Of a stretch of 64,000 nt of DNA, positions 16,513-26,599 are shown one piece after another; within the stretch, counting starts at the first letter, position 1, and every line of letters starts with the position of its first letter. The stretch comes from Thermoplasmata archaeon (lineage in GTDB: Archaea > Thermoplasmatota > Thermoplasmata > Lutacidiplasmatales > UBA184), in contig DASWZL010000080.1 in the NCBI GenBank assembly GCA_036404475.1, positions 4,811 through 68,810 of the forward strand, in the 5' to 3' direction. The notes beneath the pieces were generated by a model. The model saw only the letters and a program-made list of their open reading frames with translations. It made no database searches and was not told the origin of the DNA. A program made the translations under genes and the position numbers.

Positions 16513-17877
16513 TCAACCGTCGGGTCGGAGAGCATCCCCGGGTTCGCCGGGAGCATACTCGGGTCGGACGACCCGACCCACCGGACGGCCGACATACTCC
16601 CCCGCCTCGACGATCCGCTCGCCGTCCCGGTAATGCTCCCAAGGTCGGACCGCTTCCCAGCCCTCGAACGGGGTCCAGCCGCAGGGAGACCGCAGTCCCC
16701 GACCTTCGACCTTCGAGCGCTTCGTGAAATCGACGACGAGAAGGTTGGCCCGGTGGCCGGGGGCGAGGCGACCGAGCGGCTGGCCGAGCCAGCGGGCGGG
16801 GCGGTCGCACGCTGCCGCCAGGAGCACCGCCAGGTCGAGGTCTCCTCCGCGCACCTTGGCGAGCAGGAGGGGCAGCCCCGTCTCGACCCCGGGCATTCCG
16901 CTCGGGGCCCGGTCGAACGGGAGCTCCTTCGCATCCCGCGGGTGAGGGGCGTGATCGCTCGCGACGATCGGGATCTCTCCGCGTCGAAAGGCCTCCCAGA
17001 GCGCGACCCGCTCCGGCTCGCTCCGTAAGGGAGGGTTGACCTTGAAATGCGCGTCCACCCCCGAGCGGTCGGACAGGAGAAGGTGATGGGGGGTGGCTTC
17101 GAAGGAGAGCCCGGCCGCGTTCAGCCTTCGAACCCCGGCGGCGGTGGTCACGTGGGCGGCGTGTAATCGAAGAGCCTTCGGGGCCCGGGTCAATCCGTCG
17201 AGCGCGGCCTCCTCGGCGGCGACCGGACGGCAACCGTTCCACTGCGCGGGAGAGGTCGGGCGGAGGTTCGGTACGAAACGGGTAGGGTCCTCCGCGTGCA
17301 CGGAGACGGGGAGCCGGAGCTCGGCCAGCCGGTCCCAGAGCGCGGGGAGCTCGGAGGAAGCAGGCGACTCCTCGATGCCCGTGGTCGGGGCCAGGTAGAC
17401 CTTGAATCCGCCTACCTTGCGGGAAAGCGACGGGAGCGCCCGTGGGACGGTGGGGGTGGCGAACAGCAGGACGTCGACGGCCGCCCGCCCTTCCACGAGG
17501 CGCGCCTTATCCTGCCAGCTCTCGACGTCCGCCACCGGCGGACGGGTGTTCGGCATCTCACCCACCAGGGAGACCCCGCCCAGGGCGGCGCCAACCGTGC
17601 CGGTCGGGATCGTCTCGGCTTCGGCCGGGCCGCCCGGTTCGCGGAAGTGGACATGCATGTCAGTCGCGGCCGGGAGGATGACGGCGTCCCCGACGTCGTG
17701 GCGCGGGGCCCCCGAACGGACCTTGCCGACCGACTGAATCCGACCGGCGTCGTCGATCGCGATCTCTATGGGCTGGAGCCGTCCCCGAACGAGGGCGCGG
17801 CCTGCCAGCACGAGGGCGGTCGATGCCGAGGAACGGGGAGCCGCCTCCGCCTTTCGTCGGCGAGCGGCGCCGGGCAT
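16513..17877 (-). CDS. pyrC: Dihydroorotase (amidohydrolase superfamily)
   Basis: 454 aa. ILPAATDMHVHFREPG (D-x-H-V-H-x-R-E/D-PG), ..MPNTRPP.., ..VSVHAED.., ..VASDHAPH.. are present. Confidence 0.8.
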   Translation of the reverse strand: MPGAARRRKAEAAPRSSASTALVLAGRALVRGRLQPIEIAIDDAGRIQSVGKVRSGAPRHDVGDAVILPAATDMHVHFREPGGPAEAETIPTGTVGAALGGVSLVGEMPNTRPPVADVESWQDKARLVEGRAAVDVLLFATPTVPRALPSLSRKVGGFKVYLAPTTGIEESPASSELPALWDRLAELRLPVSVHAEDPTRFVPNLRPTSPAQWNGCRPVAAEEAALDGLTRAPKALRLHAAHVTTAAGVRRLNAAGLSFEATPHHLLLSDRSGVDAHFKVNPPLRSEPERVALWEAFRRGEIPIVASDHAPHPRDAKELPFDRAPSGMPGVETGLPLLLAKVRGGDLDLAVLLAAACDRPARWLGQPLGRLAPGHRANLLVVDFTKRSKVEGRGLRSPCGWTPFEGWEAVRPWEHYRDGERIVEAGEYVGRPVGRVVRPEYAPGEPGDALRPDG

Positions 17878-17902
17878 CCCTTGGTCGGACGCTGGAGGAG
17901 CG

Positions 17903-17909
17903 TAAATAG
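17903..17909 (-). promoter_or_regulatory. TATA-like box (TAAATAG on + strand) for pyrC
   Basis: Centred 29 bp upstream of the minus-strand ATG at 17877. Confidence 0.35.
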
Positions 17910-17931
17910 CTCAACCCCCCCCGGAGGCGAG

Positions 17932-17939
17932 GGTATTTC
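17932..17939 (+). promoter_or_regulatory. Weak TATA-like box GGTATTTC for purM
   Basis: Centred about 27 bp upstream of ATG 17962. Confidence 0.3.
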
Positions 17940-17961
17940 TTCCCGGGGCCCTCGGTCGTTC

Positions 17962-19023
17962 ATGGCTTCCCCTCCTCGAACGGACCGGCCCTGGACCTAC
18001 GCACGGAGCGGCGTCGACCGATCGCGCGCGTCCTCCGCGCTCGGGGCACTGCTCGCTGAGGTCTCCTACCGCCCGCCGCCGTCCGCCGGCCGGGTCGTGG
18101 AAGCCCCGGGACACTACGCGGGACTCCTGCGCATCGGCCGGGAGACGATCGCCGTCACGACCGACACGGTCGGAACGAAGGTGAAGCTCGCCGCCCAGCT
18201 CGGTCGTTGGGAGGAGGTCGGCGAGGACATCGTGGGGGTCAATGTCAACGATCTCGCTTCGGTCGGGGCCCGACCCGCCGGGCTCGTGGACACCATTCTC
18301 TGTCCTCAGCCCGACCCGGACGCGTTCCGAGGGATCGGAAAGGGGCTCAACCGAGGGCTCCGGTTGGCCCGTTGCTCCCTCTTGGGCGGGGAGACCGCCG
18401 TCGTCCCGGAGATCGTCGACGGGATCGACCTGGGCGCGACCGCGTTCGGGTTCTTCCCGCGCGGTCGTCGACCGGTGCTCGGGACCGCCATCCGTCCGGG
18501 GGACCGGGTTCTCGGGATTCCCTCCTCCGGGGTGCACGCGAACGGGTTGACCCTGCTCCGCCGTCTCCTGAAGGAACGGTCGGTGGACCTGCTCCGCCCC
18601 CGGCCGGGGGGCGACCGACCGGTCGGCGAGGAGATTCTCACGCCGACGCGGATCTACTCGGTCGTCGGCGACGCCCTCGCTGATTCCCCGGCGGCGCACG
18701 GCCTCGCTCACCTCTCCGGCGGAGGCGTCCGCAACCTCATTCGGCTGCATCCGAAGGTCGCGTTCGTCCTCGACCGGTGGCCCGAGGTGCCGCCGTTGTT
18801 CCGATGGGTCCAACAGCTCGGAGGCCTCTCCGACGAGGAGATGTTCCAGACGTTCAACATGGGGATTGGATTCGTTCTCGTGGTCGGCTCCGCCCGGCTC
18901 GCCGAGACCCGTCGCCGACTCGCACGGGCCGGGGCCCCCGACGCGGTGGAGGTCGGGCACGTGGAGCGCGGTTCGGGCGTCTCCGTGCCCGTCCACGGTC
19001 TTTCCTTCGAGGGATACTCCTAG
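17962..19023 (+). CDS. purM: Phosphoribosylformylglycinamidine cyclo-ligase (AIR synthetase)
   Basis: 353 aa from ATG 17962. TTDTVGTKVKLA, VNDLASVGARP, GGETAV, GIPSSGVHANG, HLSGGGVRNL and FNMGIGFVLVV are present. The upstream half of the 575-aa ORF in the track is antisense to pyrC. Confidence 0.9.
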   Translation: MASPPRTDRPWTYARSGVDRSRASSALGALLAEVSYRPPPSAGRVVEAPGHYAGLLRIGRETIAVTTDTVGTKVKLAAQLGRWEEVGEDIVGVNVNDLASVGARPAGLVDTILCPQPDPDAFRGIGKGLNRGLRLARCSLLGGETAVVPEIVDGIDLGATAFGFFPRGRRPVLGTAIRPGDRVLGIPSSGVHANGLTLLRRLLKERSVDLLRPRPGGDRPVGEEILTPTRIYSVVGDALADSPAAHGLAHLSGGGVRNLIRLHPKVAFVLDRWPEVPPLFRWVQQLGGLSDEEMFQTFNMGIGFVLVVGSARLAETRRRLARAGAPDAVEVGHVERGSGVSVPVHGLSFEGYS

Positions 19024-19066
19024 CGGTCCCGCCGTCCTCCCCCGCCGGTGCCCCGGACTCGGCAAC

Positions 19067-19073
19067 GATTATC
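19067..19073 (+). promoter_or_regulatory. TATA-like box GATTATC
   Basis: Centred 28 bp upstream of GTG 19098. Confidence 0.35.
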
Positions 19074-19097
19074 GTGGACCGAACCTAACGAACCGAC

Positions 19098-20048
19098 GTG
19101 GCGGTCGGGAGACGCACCATCGCGTGGGCGATCGTCGCGTCGGTCCTCTCCGCCTTTGCTTGGGCCACCTACTACCTCTTCGTCCTGTGGGTGACCCCGG
19201 GGACCGCCCCGTCGGCGATCCTCGCGTACCCGTTCCTCGTCGGCGGGACCGTGTACGCCGGGTGGGCGGTCGGGACCGGTCACGGGCGCGCCTTCGCGGC
19301 CCTCTGGCGGGACCCGATGGCGTACGGGCGCGTCGGTCTTCTCTTCGGGCTGCAGGTTTCGGTCCTGGCCGCCACGTACCTCACGGGACCGGTGGACGCC
19401 TCCCTCCTTTCGCTGATCGGGGATGTCGTCCTGACGCCGATCGTGGTCGCGCTCCTCCTAAAGGCGTACCGTTCGCATATCGCGACGCCGCTCTTCGCGA
19501 TCGGCATTGTCGTCAGTCTCGCGGGAGGGACGATGGCGATCGTCGGCGGGCAGAACCTCGCCTCCGTCCACGGTTGGGGGTGGCTCGCCGTGCCCGGGGT
19601 ACCGATCACCGTCGCTGCCTACTTCCTTCTCACGGCGAGAGCCAATCGCACGATGGCCCCGTCTGCGGTGGTCGGTCAGTCGATGCTCGCCGCCGGGGTG
19701 TTCTTCGTCCTCGCCGCCCCGCTCTTCCCGGGAGGCTGGGGAGGGCTCGCCTCGGTCGCCCCCGTTCCGGCCCTCTTGCTCGCCCTGTGCGGGGTGACGA
19801 GTTTCTTCCTCGCGCCCGCGCTCTACTTCCTCGCCTTGAGCGAGGTCGGGCTCGTCATCCCTCCGATGCTGATGACCGCGATCCCCGTCTTCACGCTCTT
19901 GCTCTCGGCGGGGATCCTCGGCATCGCCCTCCCCCTCATCGGGGTCCTCGGGATCCCGGTCGCGGTCGCCGGAGGGATCCTCGCGCTCCGGGGAGAATCG
20001 GCGGTCCCGCCCGACCCACCCCCCGGCACACCACGCCCCGGCACCTGA
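19098..20048 (+). CDS. EamA/DMT-superfamily transporter
   Basis: 316 aa with about 10 TM segments arranged as two similar halves, as in EamA-domain permeases. Confidence 0.7.
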   Translation: MAVGRRTIAWAIVASVLSAFAWATYYLFVLWVTPGTAPSAILAYPFLVGGTVYAGWAVGTGHGRAFAALWRDPMAYGRVGLLFGLQVSVLAATYLTGPVDASLLSLIGDVVLTPIVVALLLKAYRSHIATPLFAIGIVVSLAGGTMAIVGGQNLASVHGWGWLAVPGVPITVAAYFLLTARANRTMAPSAVVGQSMLAAGVFFVLAAPLFPGGWGGLASVAPVPALLLALCGVTSFFLAPALYFLALSEVGLVIPPMLMTAIPVFTLLLSAGILGIALPLIGVLGIPVAVAGGILALRGESAVPPDPPPGTPRPGT

Positions 20049-20058
20049 GCCCACGGGC

Positions 20059-22524
20059 TCATTGCCAATCGCTGAGGCTCCGGGTCGAGCTCCGACGCTT
20101 CGTTGGTTTGCCGACCTCGGAGAGCGGGGTGTCGAGCGTCGCCGGCGGGGCGTTCGTCTCCGGAACTCGGGGCGCTTCCGGCGCCGACGAGAGCCTCCGC
20201 TGGTGGCTGCCCCGCAGGAGCGCGGCCGCGTCCCAGTCGAACACCTCCGTCACGCGGGCGAGGGTCTGCGCCACCCGGTCGGCGTAGTACTCCCAATCCG
20301 GCTCCTTCGTGAACGTTCGGCCCTCCACCCACGGCTCGATTTCCTGGGGGGTCTTGCGGGAATCGGTGACGACCCAGGCGACCCGCATACCGGGGATCAC
20401 GTCGTAGCCCTCGCTGCGGAGCTGCTTGAAGACCCGCAGGAACGGCAGCGATTCCCGCGTCGACTCGTTGTACTCGCTCTCCGCCCGGACCGTTCGGGCG
20501 ATGACGAGCCGTTCGGCCGGCACCTCGCGGTTCCGGACCGACAGAACGAGCTCTCGGGCCCGGCGCAGCGCCCCTTCGGTGTCGCCCTTCAGGACAAGGT
20601 CAAAGATCTCCATGAGCGCCGCGGACTGGAAGTCGAACGCATCCGTGCGCCGGGTCTCGTACCCGCGGACCACCAGTTCTCCGGCGGGCCACGCCGGCCG
20701 GCCGACGTACCGCTTCTTCACGCCGTGGGAGAAGAACGACTCGAACACCGACTGGAACTCGAACGTCACCCCCTCGTGGGTGAACCGCTTCGCGACGCGC
20801 TCCCCGAACTCTCGCGCGCCTTCGAGCGACGCGACCGGGGACCGGACGAAGACGGAGTCGGTGTCGGAGTAGACGACCTCGAGACCGTCAGCCTCGAGGT
20901 CACGGATGATGGAGGTGATCGCTTCCCGCCCGAACGCCGTGATCGCCGCCCCGATCTCCTTGTTCGTGAACCGGTAGAAGCTCGAGGCGAGGACCCCGTA
21001 GAACGAGTTCATCAGGACCTTGACGGCGTTCTGGAGGCCGTCGTAGTACTCCTTCATCTCCGGGTTCGCCGCCGCCTGGCCAGCCTGGCGGAAGCGGGTC
21101 CGGTCCGCGAGCAGGCCGGAGAGGATCTCCGGGATGATCCCGCGACGGACGGCGGCGGTGACGAAGCGCGCTCCGGACGGAGCGACCGTCGTCCCCTCGG
21201 GGGAGAGGGTCGTGAAGCAGAGGTTCTGGGAGATGATGATGGACGGATACATCGACTTGAAGTCGAGAACGACGACCCAACGGTAGATCCCGGGACGGAT
21301 CGGGTGGACGTACCCGCCCTCGATCGGGTTCTCGCGGCCCGCGAAGTGGCTCATCGGGACCCCGACCCCTTGCGCGTCCGCGCGGGGGATGAGCAGCGCG
21401 TCTACGTAGAGGGACGTCCGTCCGTTCATTCCCTCCTCGAGCGGAAGATGGGCGACGGTCGCGAGGTCGGCCGCCTTCTCCACGGTGCGCAGGCGCTGGA
21501 GGATTCGGAGCGCGAGGTCCGCGTCGTGTTCGCAGTATTCCATGACGCGTTCCGGGTCGTTCGCCCACTCCCTCTCGATCTCCCTCCGGTCGACGTCCAG
21601 TTTTGAGTCGCCGAGGAGGGTCCGCGCGACGTACTGCAGCGTTTCCTGTTTGGGTTTGAGGTCGCGTCGGACCGACCACCAGGCGTCGGCCACGGCCCGC
21701 CCGGTCACCTTCCAGAGACGCTCCCCCATCTCTCGCGGGGACGAGCGTTCCCGACCGATCGCAAGGGTCCCGAGCCCGGTCGCCTTGGCCCGCTCGACGA
21801 GGAGGGGGAAGTCGTACCCGCCGATGTTGTAGCCGGTGATCACATCCGGGTCGTCCTGGATGATCGTCTTCACGAACTCCTCGATGAGATGACGCTCGTC
21901 CGGTCCCCGGAGCCGGAACGTGCTGCGAGGTCGGCCGCCGCCCTCCGAAACCCCGCAGATCGTGAAGATGGTCCGCTCCCGGATGGCGTTCTCGACGTCG
22001 AACGAAAGGACCCGCAGCGGGGGACGGAACACCTCTGTGGGCCGGATGTCGTGCCCGTCGGTGGTCACGACTCGGACCACGTTCGCCACGGTGTAGCGGG
22101 CGCGGACCTCCTCGCTTTCCTCCTCGGCCTCGAAGGCGACCGCGAGACCGAGATGCTTGTCGTAGAGGAAGCGGTGGACGAAGGGTATGTCGCAGGCCAG
22201 GACGCTGTTTTCGTCGCCTCGGCGCCGGTACTGGTCCCGGTACTGCGGCACGAGCCACGGGCGATGCAGGGTGACGCGCACGGCCGGCTGACTCCGGCCG
22301 GCGACCCAGGTCGTGATGTCCTGGACCTCAACGATCTCCTTGTCGGCGCGGAGCCGAGCCCGCACCTCGTCCGTCGGCTCCGTGATCACGAAGTAGGGAC
22401 GAAACCCGTAGTAGCGCGCGACCATCGGCGCCCCGTCCCGCGTTCGACCGAACAGTTCGAGGACGACCCCGTCGTCGACGGCCTGGTACGAACCTTCCAA
22501 GAGGAACAGCTCGACCGTGCGCAC
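20059..22524 (-). CDS. polB: DNA polymerase, family B
   Basis: 821 aa. ExoI LSFDVEN, motif A DFKSMYPSIIISQN, motif B KVLMNSFYGVL and motif C YSDTDSVFV are present. No intein-sized insertion. Confidence 0.95.
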   Translation of the reverse strand: MRTVELFLLEGSYQAVDDGVVLELFGRTRDGAPMVARYYGFRPYFVITEPTDEVRARLRADKEIVEVQDITTWVAGRSQPAVRVTLHRPWLVPQYRDQYRRRGDENSVLACDIPFVHRFLYDKHLGLAVAFEAEEESEEVRARYTVANVVRVVTTDGHDIRPTEVFRPPLRVLSFDVENAIRERTIFTICGVSEGGGRPRSTFRLRGPDERHLIEEFVKTIIQDDPDVITGYNIGGYDFPLLVERAKATGLGTLAIGRERSSPREMGERLWKVTGRAVADAWWSVRRDLKPKQETLQYVARTLLGDSKLDVDRREIEREWANDPERVMEYCEHDADLALRILQRLRTVEKAADLATVAHLPLEEGMNGRTSLYVDALLIPRADAQGVGVPMSHFAGRENPIEGGYVHPIRPGIYRWVVVLDFKSMYPSIIISQNLCFTTLSPEGTTVAPSGARFVTAAVRRGIIPEILSGLLADRTRFRQAGQAAANPEMKEYYDGLQNAVKVLMNSFYGVLASSFYRFTNKEIGAAITAFGREAITSIIRDLEADGLEVVYSDTDSVFVRSPVASLEGAREFGERVAKRFTHEGVTFEFQSVFESFFSHGVKKRYVGRPAWPAGELVVRGYETRRTDAFDFQSAALMEIFDLVLKGDTEGALRRARELVLSVRNREVPAERLVIARTVRAESEYNESTRESLPFLRVFKQLRSEGYDVIPGMRVAWVVTDSRKTPQEIEPWVEGRTFTKEPDWEYYADRVAQTLARVTEVFDWDAAALLRGSHQRRLSSAPEAPRVPETNAPPATLDTPLSEVGKPTKRRSSTRSLSDWQ

Positions 22525-22558
22525 GGCCGACCCCGAGCCCGACCCGAGTTAAAGCCGT

Positions 22559-23242
22559 TTACGCGAGGCGCTCGGCAAGCCATCGTCCGAGCGTCCGGAC
22601 GTCCCGCTCCCAGCGCTCGCGTAGCCGTCGGGACCGAAGCGCCGCCGCGGGGTGGATGAGCGGAAAGTAAGGGGTCCCGCCGTGATCCCGCGGCCGACCC
22701 GCGGCGGAGAGCATCGGAGGGGCGGTCGGTTCGACCGCCGCCAACGCCCGGGCTCCGAGCGTCACGATCACGTCGGGTCGGAGAAGGTCGAACTGTCGGT
22801 CGAGGTACGGTCGACAGGTCCGGGCCGCGCTTCGGTCGAACCGGTTGTCCGGAGGTCGGCACTTCAGGACGTTGAGGACCCCGAACTGCTCGTCCGAGAG
22901 CCCGAGGGCCGCCACCGCTCGGTCGAGCTCTCGGCCCGACCGACCGACGAACGGTAGTCCGGTGCGGTCCTCCTCCGTTCCGGGCGCCTCGCCGACGAAG
23001 AGCACCCGAGGGGCCAGCCCGCCCCGGTAGACGACCGCGTTGGTACGAATCTCGCCGAGCGGGCACTTTCGGCACGCCCGTATCTCGGCCGACAGCCGGT
23101 CCCACGCCTTCCGGACCCGGGGGTCCACGACCCGGTTCGGGCGTGCGGCCGGAGCGGTCCGGGGAGCCGTCGGCCGTCGCCGTGTCTCGTTCATTTCGTC
23201 CTTCCGGGCCGCTCTCACCCGCCGCCGTGCACGACTCGGCAC
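22559..23242 (-). CDS. udg: Uracil-DNA glycosylase, family 4 (Fe-S type)
   Basis: [28 protein letters not shown] and LIHPAAALR are present. It ends 34 nt upstream of polB on the same strand. ATG 23194 is an alternative start that fits the promoter spacing better. Confidence 0.85.
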   Translation of the reverse strand: MPSRARRRVRAARKDEMNETRRRPTAPRTAPAARPNRVVDPRVRKAWDRLSAEIRACRKCPLGEIRTNAVVYRGGLAPRVLFVGEAPGTEEDRTGLPFVGRSGRELDRAVAALGLSDEQFGVLNVLKCRPPDNRFDRSAARTCRPYLDRQFDLLRPDVIVTLGARALAAVEPTAPPMLSAAGRPRDHGGTPYFPLIHPAAALRSRRLRERWERDVRTLGRWLAERLA

Positions 23243-23247
23243 GGACC

Positions 23248-23254
23248 TTAAATA
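23248..23254. promoter_or_regulatory. TATA box TTAAATA between udg and rps12
   Basis: Only AT-rich heptamer in the 44-bp spacer. It is centred 36 bp upstream of the rps12 ATG at 23287. Confidence 0.45.
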
Positions 23255-23286
23255 CCACTACCCTGTGGCTCGGCCCCTCCGCCGAT

Positions 23287-23721
23287 ATGTCGCCGCCATC
23301 GGGGCTCAACACAGCGGGCCGTCTGGCCACCCTCCGCCAGCGTCGGCGCTGGTCGGACCGCTACTACAAGCGGCGAACGCTGCATCTCAAGGAACGTTCG
23401 GACCCTCTGGAAGGGGCCCCGCAGGCGCGCGGAATCGTGATCGAGAAGGTCGGTGTCGAGGCGAAGCAGCCGAACTCCGCGATTCGCAAGTGCATCAAGG
23501 TCCAGCTCATCAAGAACGGCCGTCAGGTGACCGCCTTCGCGGTCGGCGACGGCGCGATCAACTTCATCGACGAGCATGACGAGGTCCTGGTCGAAGGAAT
23601 CGGCGGCCGGATGGGTCGGTCGTACGGGGATATTCCCGGCGTCCGCTACAAGGTGATCCAGGTGAACAGCGTCTCGCTGGACGAGCTCGTGCGCGGACGC
23701 AAGGAGAAGCCGGCCCGATGA
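23287..23721 (+). CDS. rps12: 30S ribosomal protein S12 (uS12)
   Basis: 144 aa from ATG 23287. ..[19 protein letters not shown].. and ..[11 protein letters not shown].. are present. Confidence 0.95.
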   Translation: MSPPSGLNTAGRLATLRQRRRWSDRYYKRRTLHLKERSDPLEGAPQARGIVIEKVGVEAKQPNSAIRKCIKVQLIKNGRQVTAFAVGDGAINFIDEHDEVLVEGIGGRMGRSYGDIPGVRYKVIQVNSVSLDELVRGRKEKPAR

Positions 23722-24380
23722 GCGGGGGCCCCGAATCGCTGCGGCCCCCGGACTCCACCGAGGAGGACGCCGGGCCAATCGTCCACCGGCCCGAGCCGCC
23801 GCCTCCCCCTCCGTTCCCGCTCCCGCCCCTCTTCGGGAAGTACCCGTTCGAGGGGGTCGAGGTCCACGACCCGGGGCTACTGCCGTACATCTACCTGCAC
23901 CCGATCTACGCCCCCCACACCGAAGGGAAGCTCACAGGGAAGCCGTTCCTCAAGACCCGCATGCATCTCGTGGAGCGGCTCGCGAACCACCTCATGAAAG
24001 GGGGAAAGTTCACCGGCAAGAAGTCGAAGGCGCTCGCGACGATCCGCAAGGCGTTCGACGAGGTGGCGAAGAAGGAACAGAAGAACCCTCTCCAGCTCCT
24101 CGTCGATGCCGTCGAGAACGCCGCACCCCGCGAGGAGGTCACCCGTCTCCAGTTCGGGGGGATCTCCGTCCCGCGAGCGGTCGACGCTTCGCCCGCCCGA
24201 CGCCTCAACGTCGCCATCCGGAACATCGCCCTCGGGGCGATCCAGGCGTCGCACAAGTCCACGAAACCGATCCACTCCTGCCTGGCGGACGAGATCCGCC
24301 TGGCCGCGAAGGGGGACCTCACCTCCTTCGCCGTCGGTCGGAAGGAAGAGGTCGAACGGGTCGCCCAATCGGCGCGGTAG
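23718..24380 (+). CDS. rps7: 30S ribosomal protein S7 (uS7) with Pro-rich N-terminal extension
   Basis: The ATG overlaps the rps12 stop (ATGA). The core runs from [17 protein letters not shown].. to ..[10 protein letters not shown]. It is preceded by about 37 aa that include PPPPPP. Confidence 0.9.
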   Translation: MSGGPESLRPPDSTEEDAGPIVHRPEPPPPPPFPLPPLFGKYPFEGVEVHDPGLLPYIYLHPIYAPHTEGKLTGKPFLKTRMHLVERLANHLMKGGKFTGKKSKALATIRKAFDEVAKKEQKNPLQLLVDAVENAAPREEVTRLQFGGISVPRAVDASPARRLNVAIRNIALGAIQASHKSTKPIHSCLADEIRLAAKGDLTSFAVGRKEEVERVAQSAR

Positions 24381-24397
24381 GACCCGAGGAGCTCGCG

Positions 24398-26599
24398 ATG
24401 ACCCACATTCGAACGGAACTGGCGAAGGCCATTCCCGAGATGATGCGCAACGTCGACCGGATCCGGAACATCGGGATCGTGGCGCACATCCACCACGGGA
24501 AGACGACGCTTTCCGACAACCTCCTCGCCGCGGCGGGGATGATTTCCACCGAGCTCGCGGGGAAGCAGCTCTATCTCAATTTCGACGAGCAGGAGCAGGC
24601 GCGTCTGCTCACCATCAACAACGCGGACGTCACCATCGTCCACGAATTCCAGGGGGAGCAGCATCTCATCAACCTCATCGACACCCCCGGGCACGTCGAC
24701 TTCGGCGGGGACGTCACGCGCGCGATGCGCGCGGTCGACGGCGCGATCGTGGTCGTCTGCGCGGTCGAGGGGGTCATGGCCCAGACCGAGACCGTGCTCC
24801 GGCAGGCGCTCCGCGAGAAGGTGAAGCCGGTCCTGTTCATCAACAAGGTCGACCGCGCGATCAAGGAGCTCAAGCTCACGCCCGAATCGCTCCAGAAGCG
24901 GTTCACGAACATCATCTCCGAGGTCAACGAGCTCATCCGCAAGATGGCCCCCGAGGAGTTCGTCGACGATTGGAGCGTCGACCCCCGGGACGGGTCGGTC
25001 GCGTTCGGCTCGGGCTACGAGAACTGGGCGATCAGCGTTCCGTACATGCAGAAGACGGGCGTGAAGTTCCCCGACATCATCGACTACGTCTCCACGGGTC
25101 GCTCGCGGGAGATCGCGCAGAAGACCAAGATCAACGACGTCATTTTCGACATGGTCGTCCGCCACCTCCCGAGCCCGCACGTGGCCCAGCGCTACCGGAT
25201 CCCCAACATCTGGAAGGGCGACGCCACCTCCCCGATCGGGGTGGCGATGGCGAACACCGACCCGAACGGCCCCACCGCGTTCATGGTGACCGACATCACG
25301 ATGGACCCGAGCGCGGGCGAGATCGCTACGGGCCGGGTCTTCTCGGGCCGCCTCCAGAAGGGGATGGAGCTCAACGTCGTGGGGTCGAAGTTGCGGAACC
25401 GCATCCAACACGTTTCCCTCTTCATGGGTCCCGAGCGGCTGATGGTCGAGGAGGTCACCGCCGGCAACATCGCGGCCGTGATCGGCCTCACGGACGCGTT
25501 CGCGGGGACGACCATGTCCGACGCGCCGGACATGGTGCCGTTCGAGGAGATCCGTCACGTTTCGGAGCCGGTCGTGACGGTCGCGATCGAGCCGAAACGG
25601 ATGGGCGACCTTCCGAAGCTCATCGAGGTCATGCGCAAGATCGCCAAGGAAGACGCGAGCCTGCGGGTCGAGATCAACCCGGAGACCGGGGAGCACCTGC
25701 TCTCGGGGATGGGCGAGCTCCACCTCGAGATCACTCAGTACCGGATCGTCAACGATTACAAGGTCGAGATCCAGGCGTCGAAGCCGATCGTGGTCTATCG
25801 CGAGGTCGTCCGACACGCGGGTGGGCCGTTCGAAGGGAAATCCCCCAACAAGCACAACCGGTTCTACTTCGAGGTCGAGGCGTTGCCCGCGGGCGTGGTC
25901 GAGGCCCTCAAGGAGGGCGAGATCCCCCAGGGAAAGTCGTTCAAGGACACGAAGGTGCTCGTCGCGAAGCTCGAAACGCTCGGGATCCCGAGGGACGAGG
26001 GCCGGGGGATCGTGGCCGTCGAGGGGACGAACATTCTCTTCGACGTGACGAAGGGGATCCAGTACCTCAACGAGACGATGGACCTCATCGTCGATGCGTT
26101 CAAGGAGGCTGTCAACCGAGGCCCGCTCGCGAACGAGAAGGTCTACGGGCTCAAGGTCCGCCTCGTCGATGCGAAGCTCCACGAAGACTCGATCCACCGG
26201 GGCCCGGCGCAGACGATCCCGGCCGCCCGCTCGGGGATCTACGGGGCGATGTGCCTCGGCGACCGGTTGCTCCTCGAGCCGTTCCAGAAGGCCACGGTGA
26301 ACGTTCCACAGGAGGTCCTCGCGGGAGCGACCCGGGAGCTTCAGCGCCGGCGTGGAGAGATCCTCGACATGACGAGCGTGGGCGACCTCCAGACGGTGGT
26401 GGCGAAGGTCCCGGTCGCCGAGATGTTCGGGTTCGCTTCCGACATCCGCAGCGCGACCGCCGGCAAGGTCCTCTGGGCGACCGAATCGATAGGGTTCGAG
26501 CCCGTTCCGATCGACCTCCAGCCGAAGGTGGTCGCCGAGGTTCGCCAGCGGCGCGGGCTCAAGCCCGAACCGTACGACGCTTCCTACTACGCCGGGTAG
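24398..26599 (+). CDS. fusA: Elongation factor 2 (aEF-2)
   Basis: 733 aa. G1 AHIHHGKTT, DTPGHVDF, NKVDR and the diphthamide-site context HEDSIHRGPAQ are present. Confidence 0.97.
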   Translation: MTHIRTELAKAIPEMMRNVDRIRNIGIVAHIHHGKTTLSDNLLAAAGMISTELAGKQLYLNFDEQEQARLLTINNADVTIVHEFQGEQHLINLIDTPGHVDFGGDVTRAMRAVDGAIVVVCAVEGVMAQTETVLRQALREKVKPVLFINKVDRAIKELKLTPESLQKRFTNIISEVNELIRKMAPEEFVDDWSVDPRDGSVAFGSGYENWAISVPYMQKTGVKFPDIIDYVSTGRSREIAQKTKINDVIFDMVVRHLPSPHVAQRYRIPNIWKGDATSPIGVAMANTDPNGPTAFMVTDITMDPSAGEIATGRVFSGRLQKGMELNVVGSKLRNRIQHVSLFMGPERLMVEEVTAGNIAAVIGLTDAFAGTTMSDAPDMVPFEEIRHVSEPVVTVAIEPKRMGDLPKLIEVMRKIAKEDASLRVEINPETGEHLLSGMGELHLEITQYRIVNDYKVEIQASKPIVVYREVVRHAGGPFEGKSPNKHNRFYFEVEALPAGVVEALKEGEIPQGKSFKDTKVLVAKLETLGIPRDEGRGIVAVEGTNILFDVTKGIQYLNETMDLIVDAFKEAVNRGPLANEKVYGLKVRLVDAKLHEDSIHRGPAQTIPAARSGIYGAMCLGDRLLLEPFQKATVNVPQEVLAGATRELQRRRGEILDMTSVGDLQTVVAKVPVAEMFGFASDIRSATAGKVLWATESIGFEPVPIDLQPKVVAEVRQRRGLKPEPYDASYYAG

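Noticed and set aside
17296-19023. 575-aa ORF as an extended PurM. Likewise the 580-aa ORF at 56468-58210 as an extended ABC ATPase, and the 556-aa ORF at 40693-42363 as an extended GlyRS.
   Set aside because: The N-terminal extensions overlap neighbouring genes (pyrC, permease, amidohydrolase) and lack homology. Internal ATGs at 17962, 57769 and 42198 coincide with the family N-termini and with 4-nt coupling overlaps.
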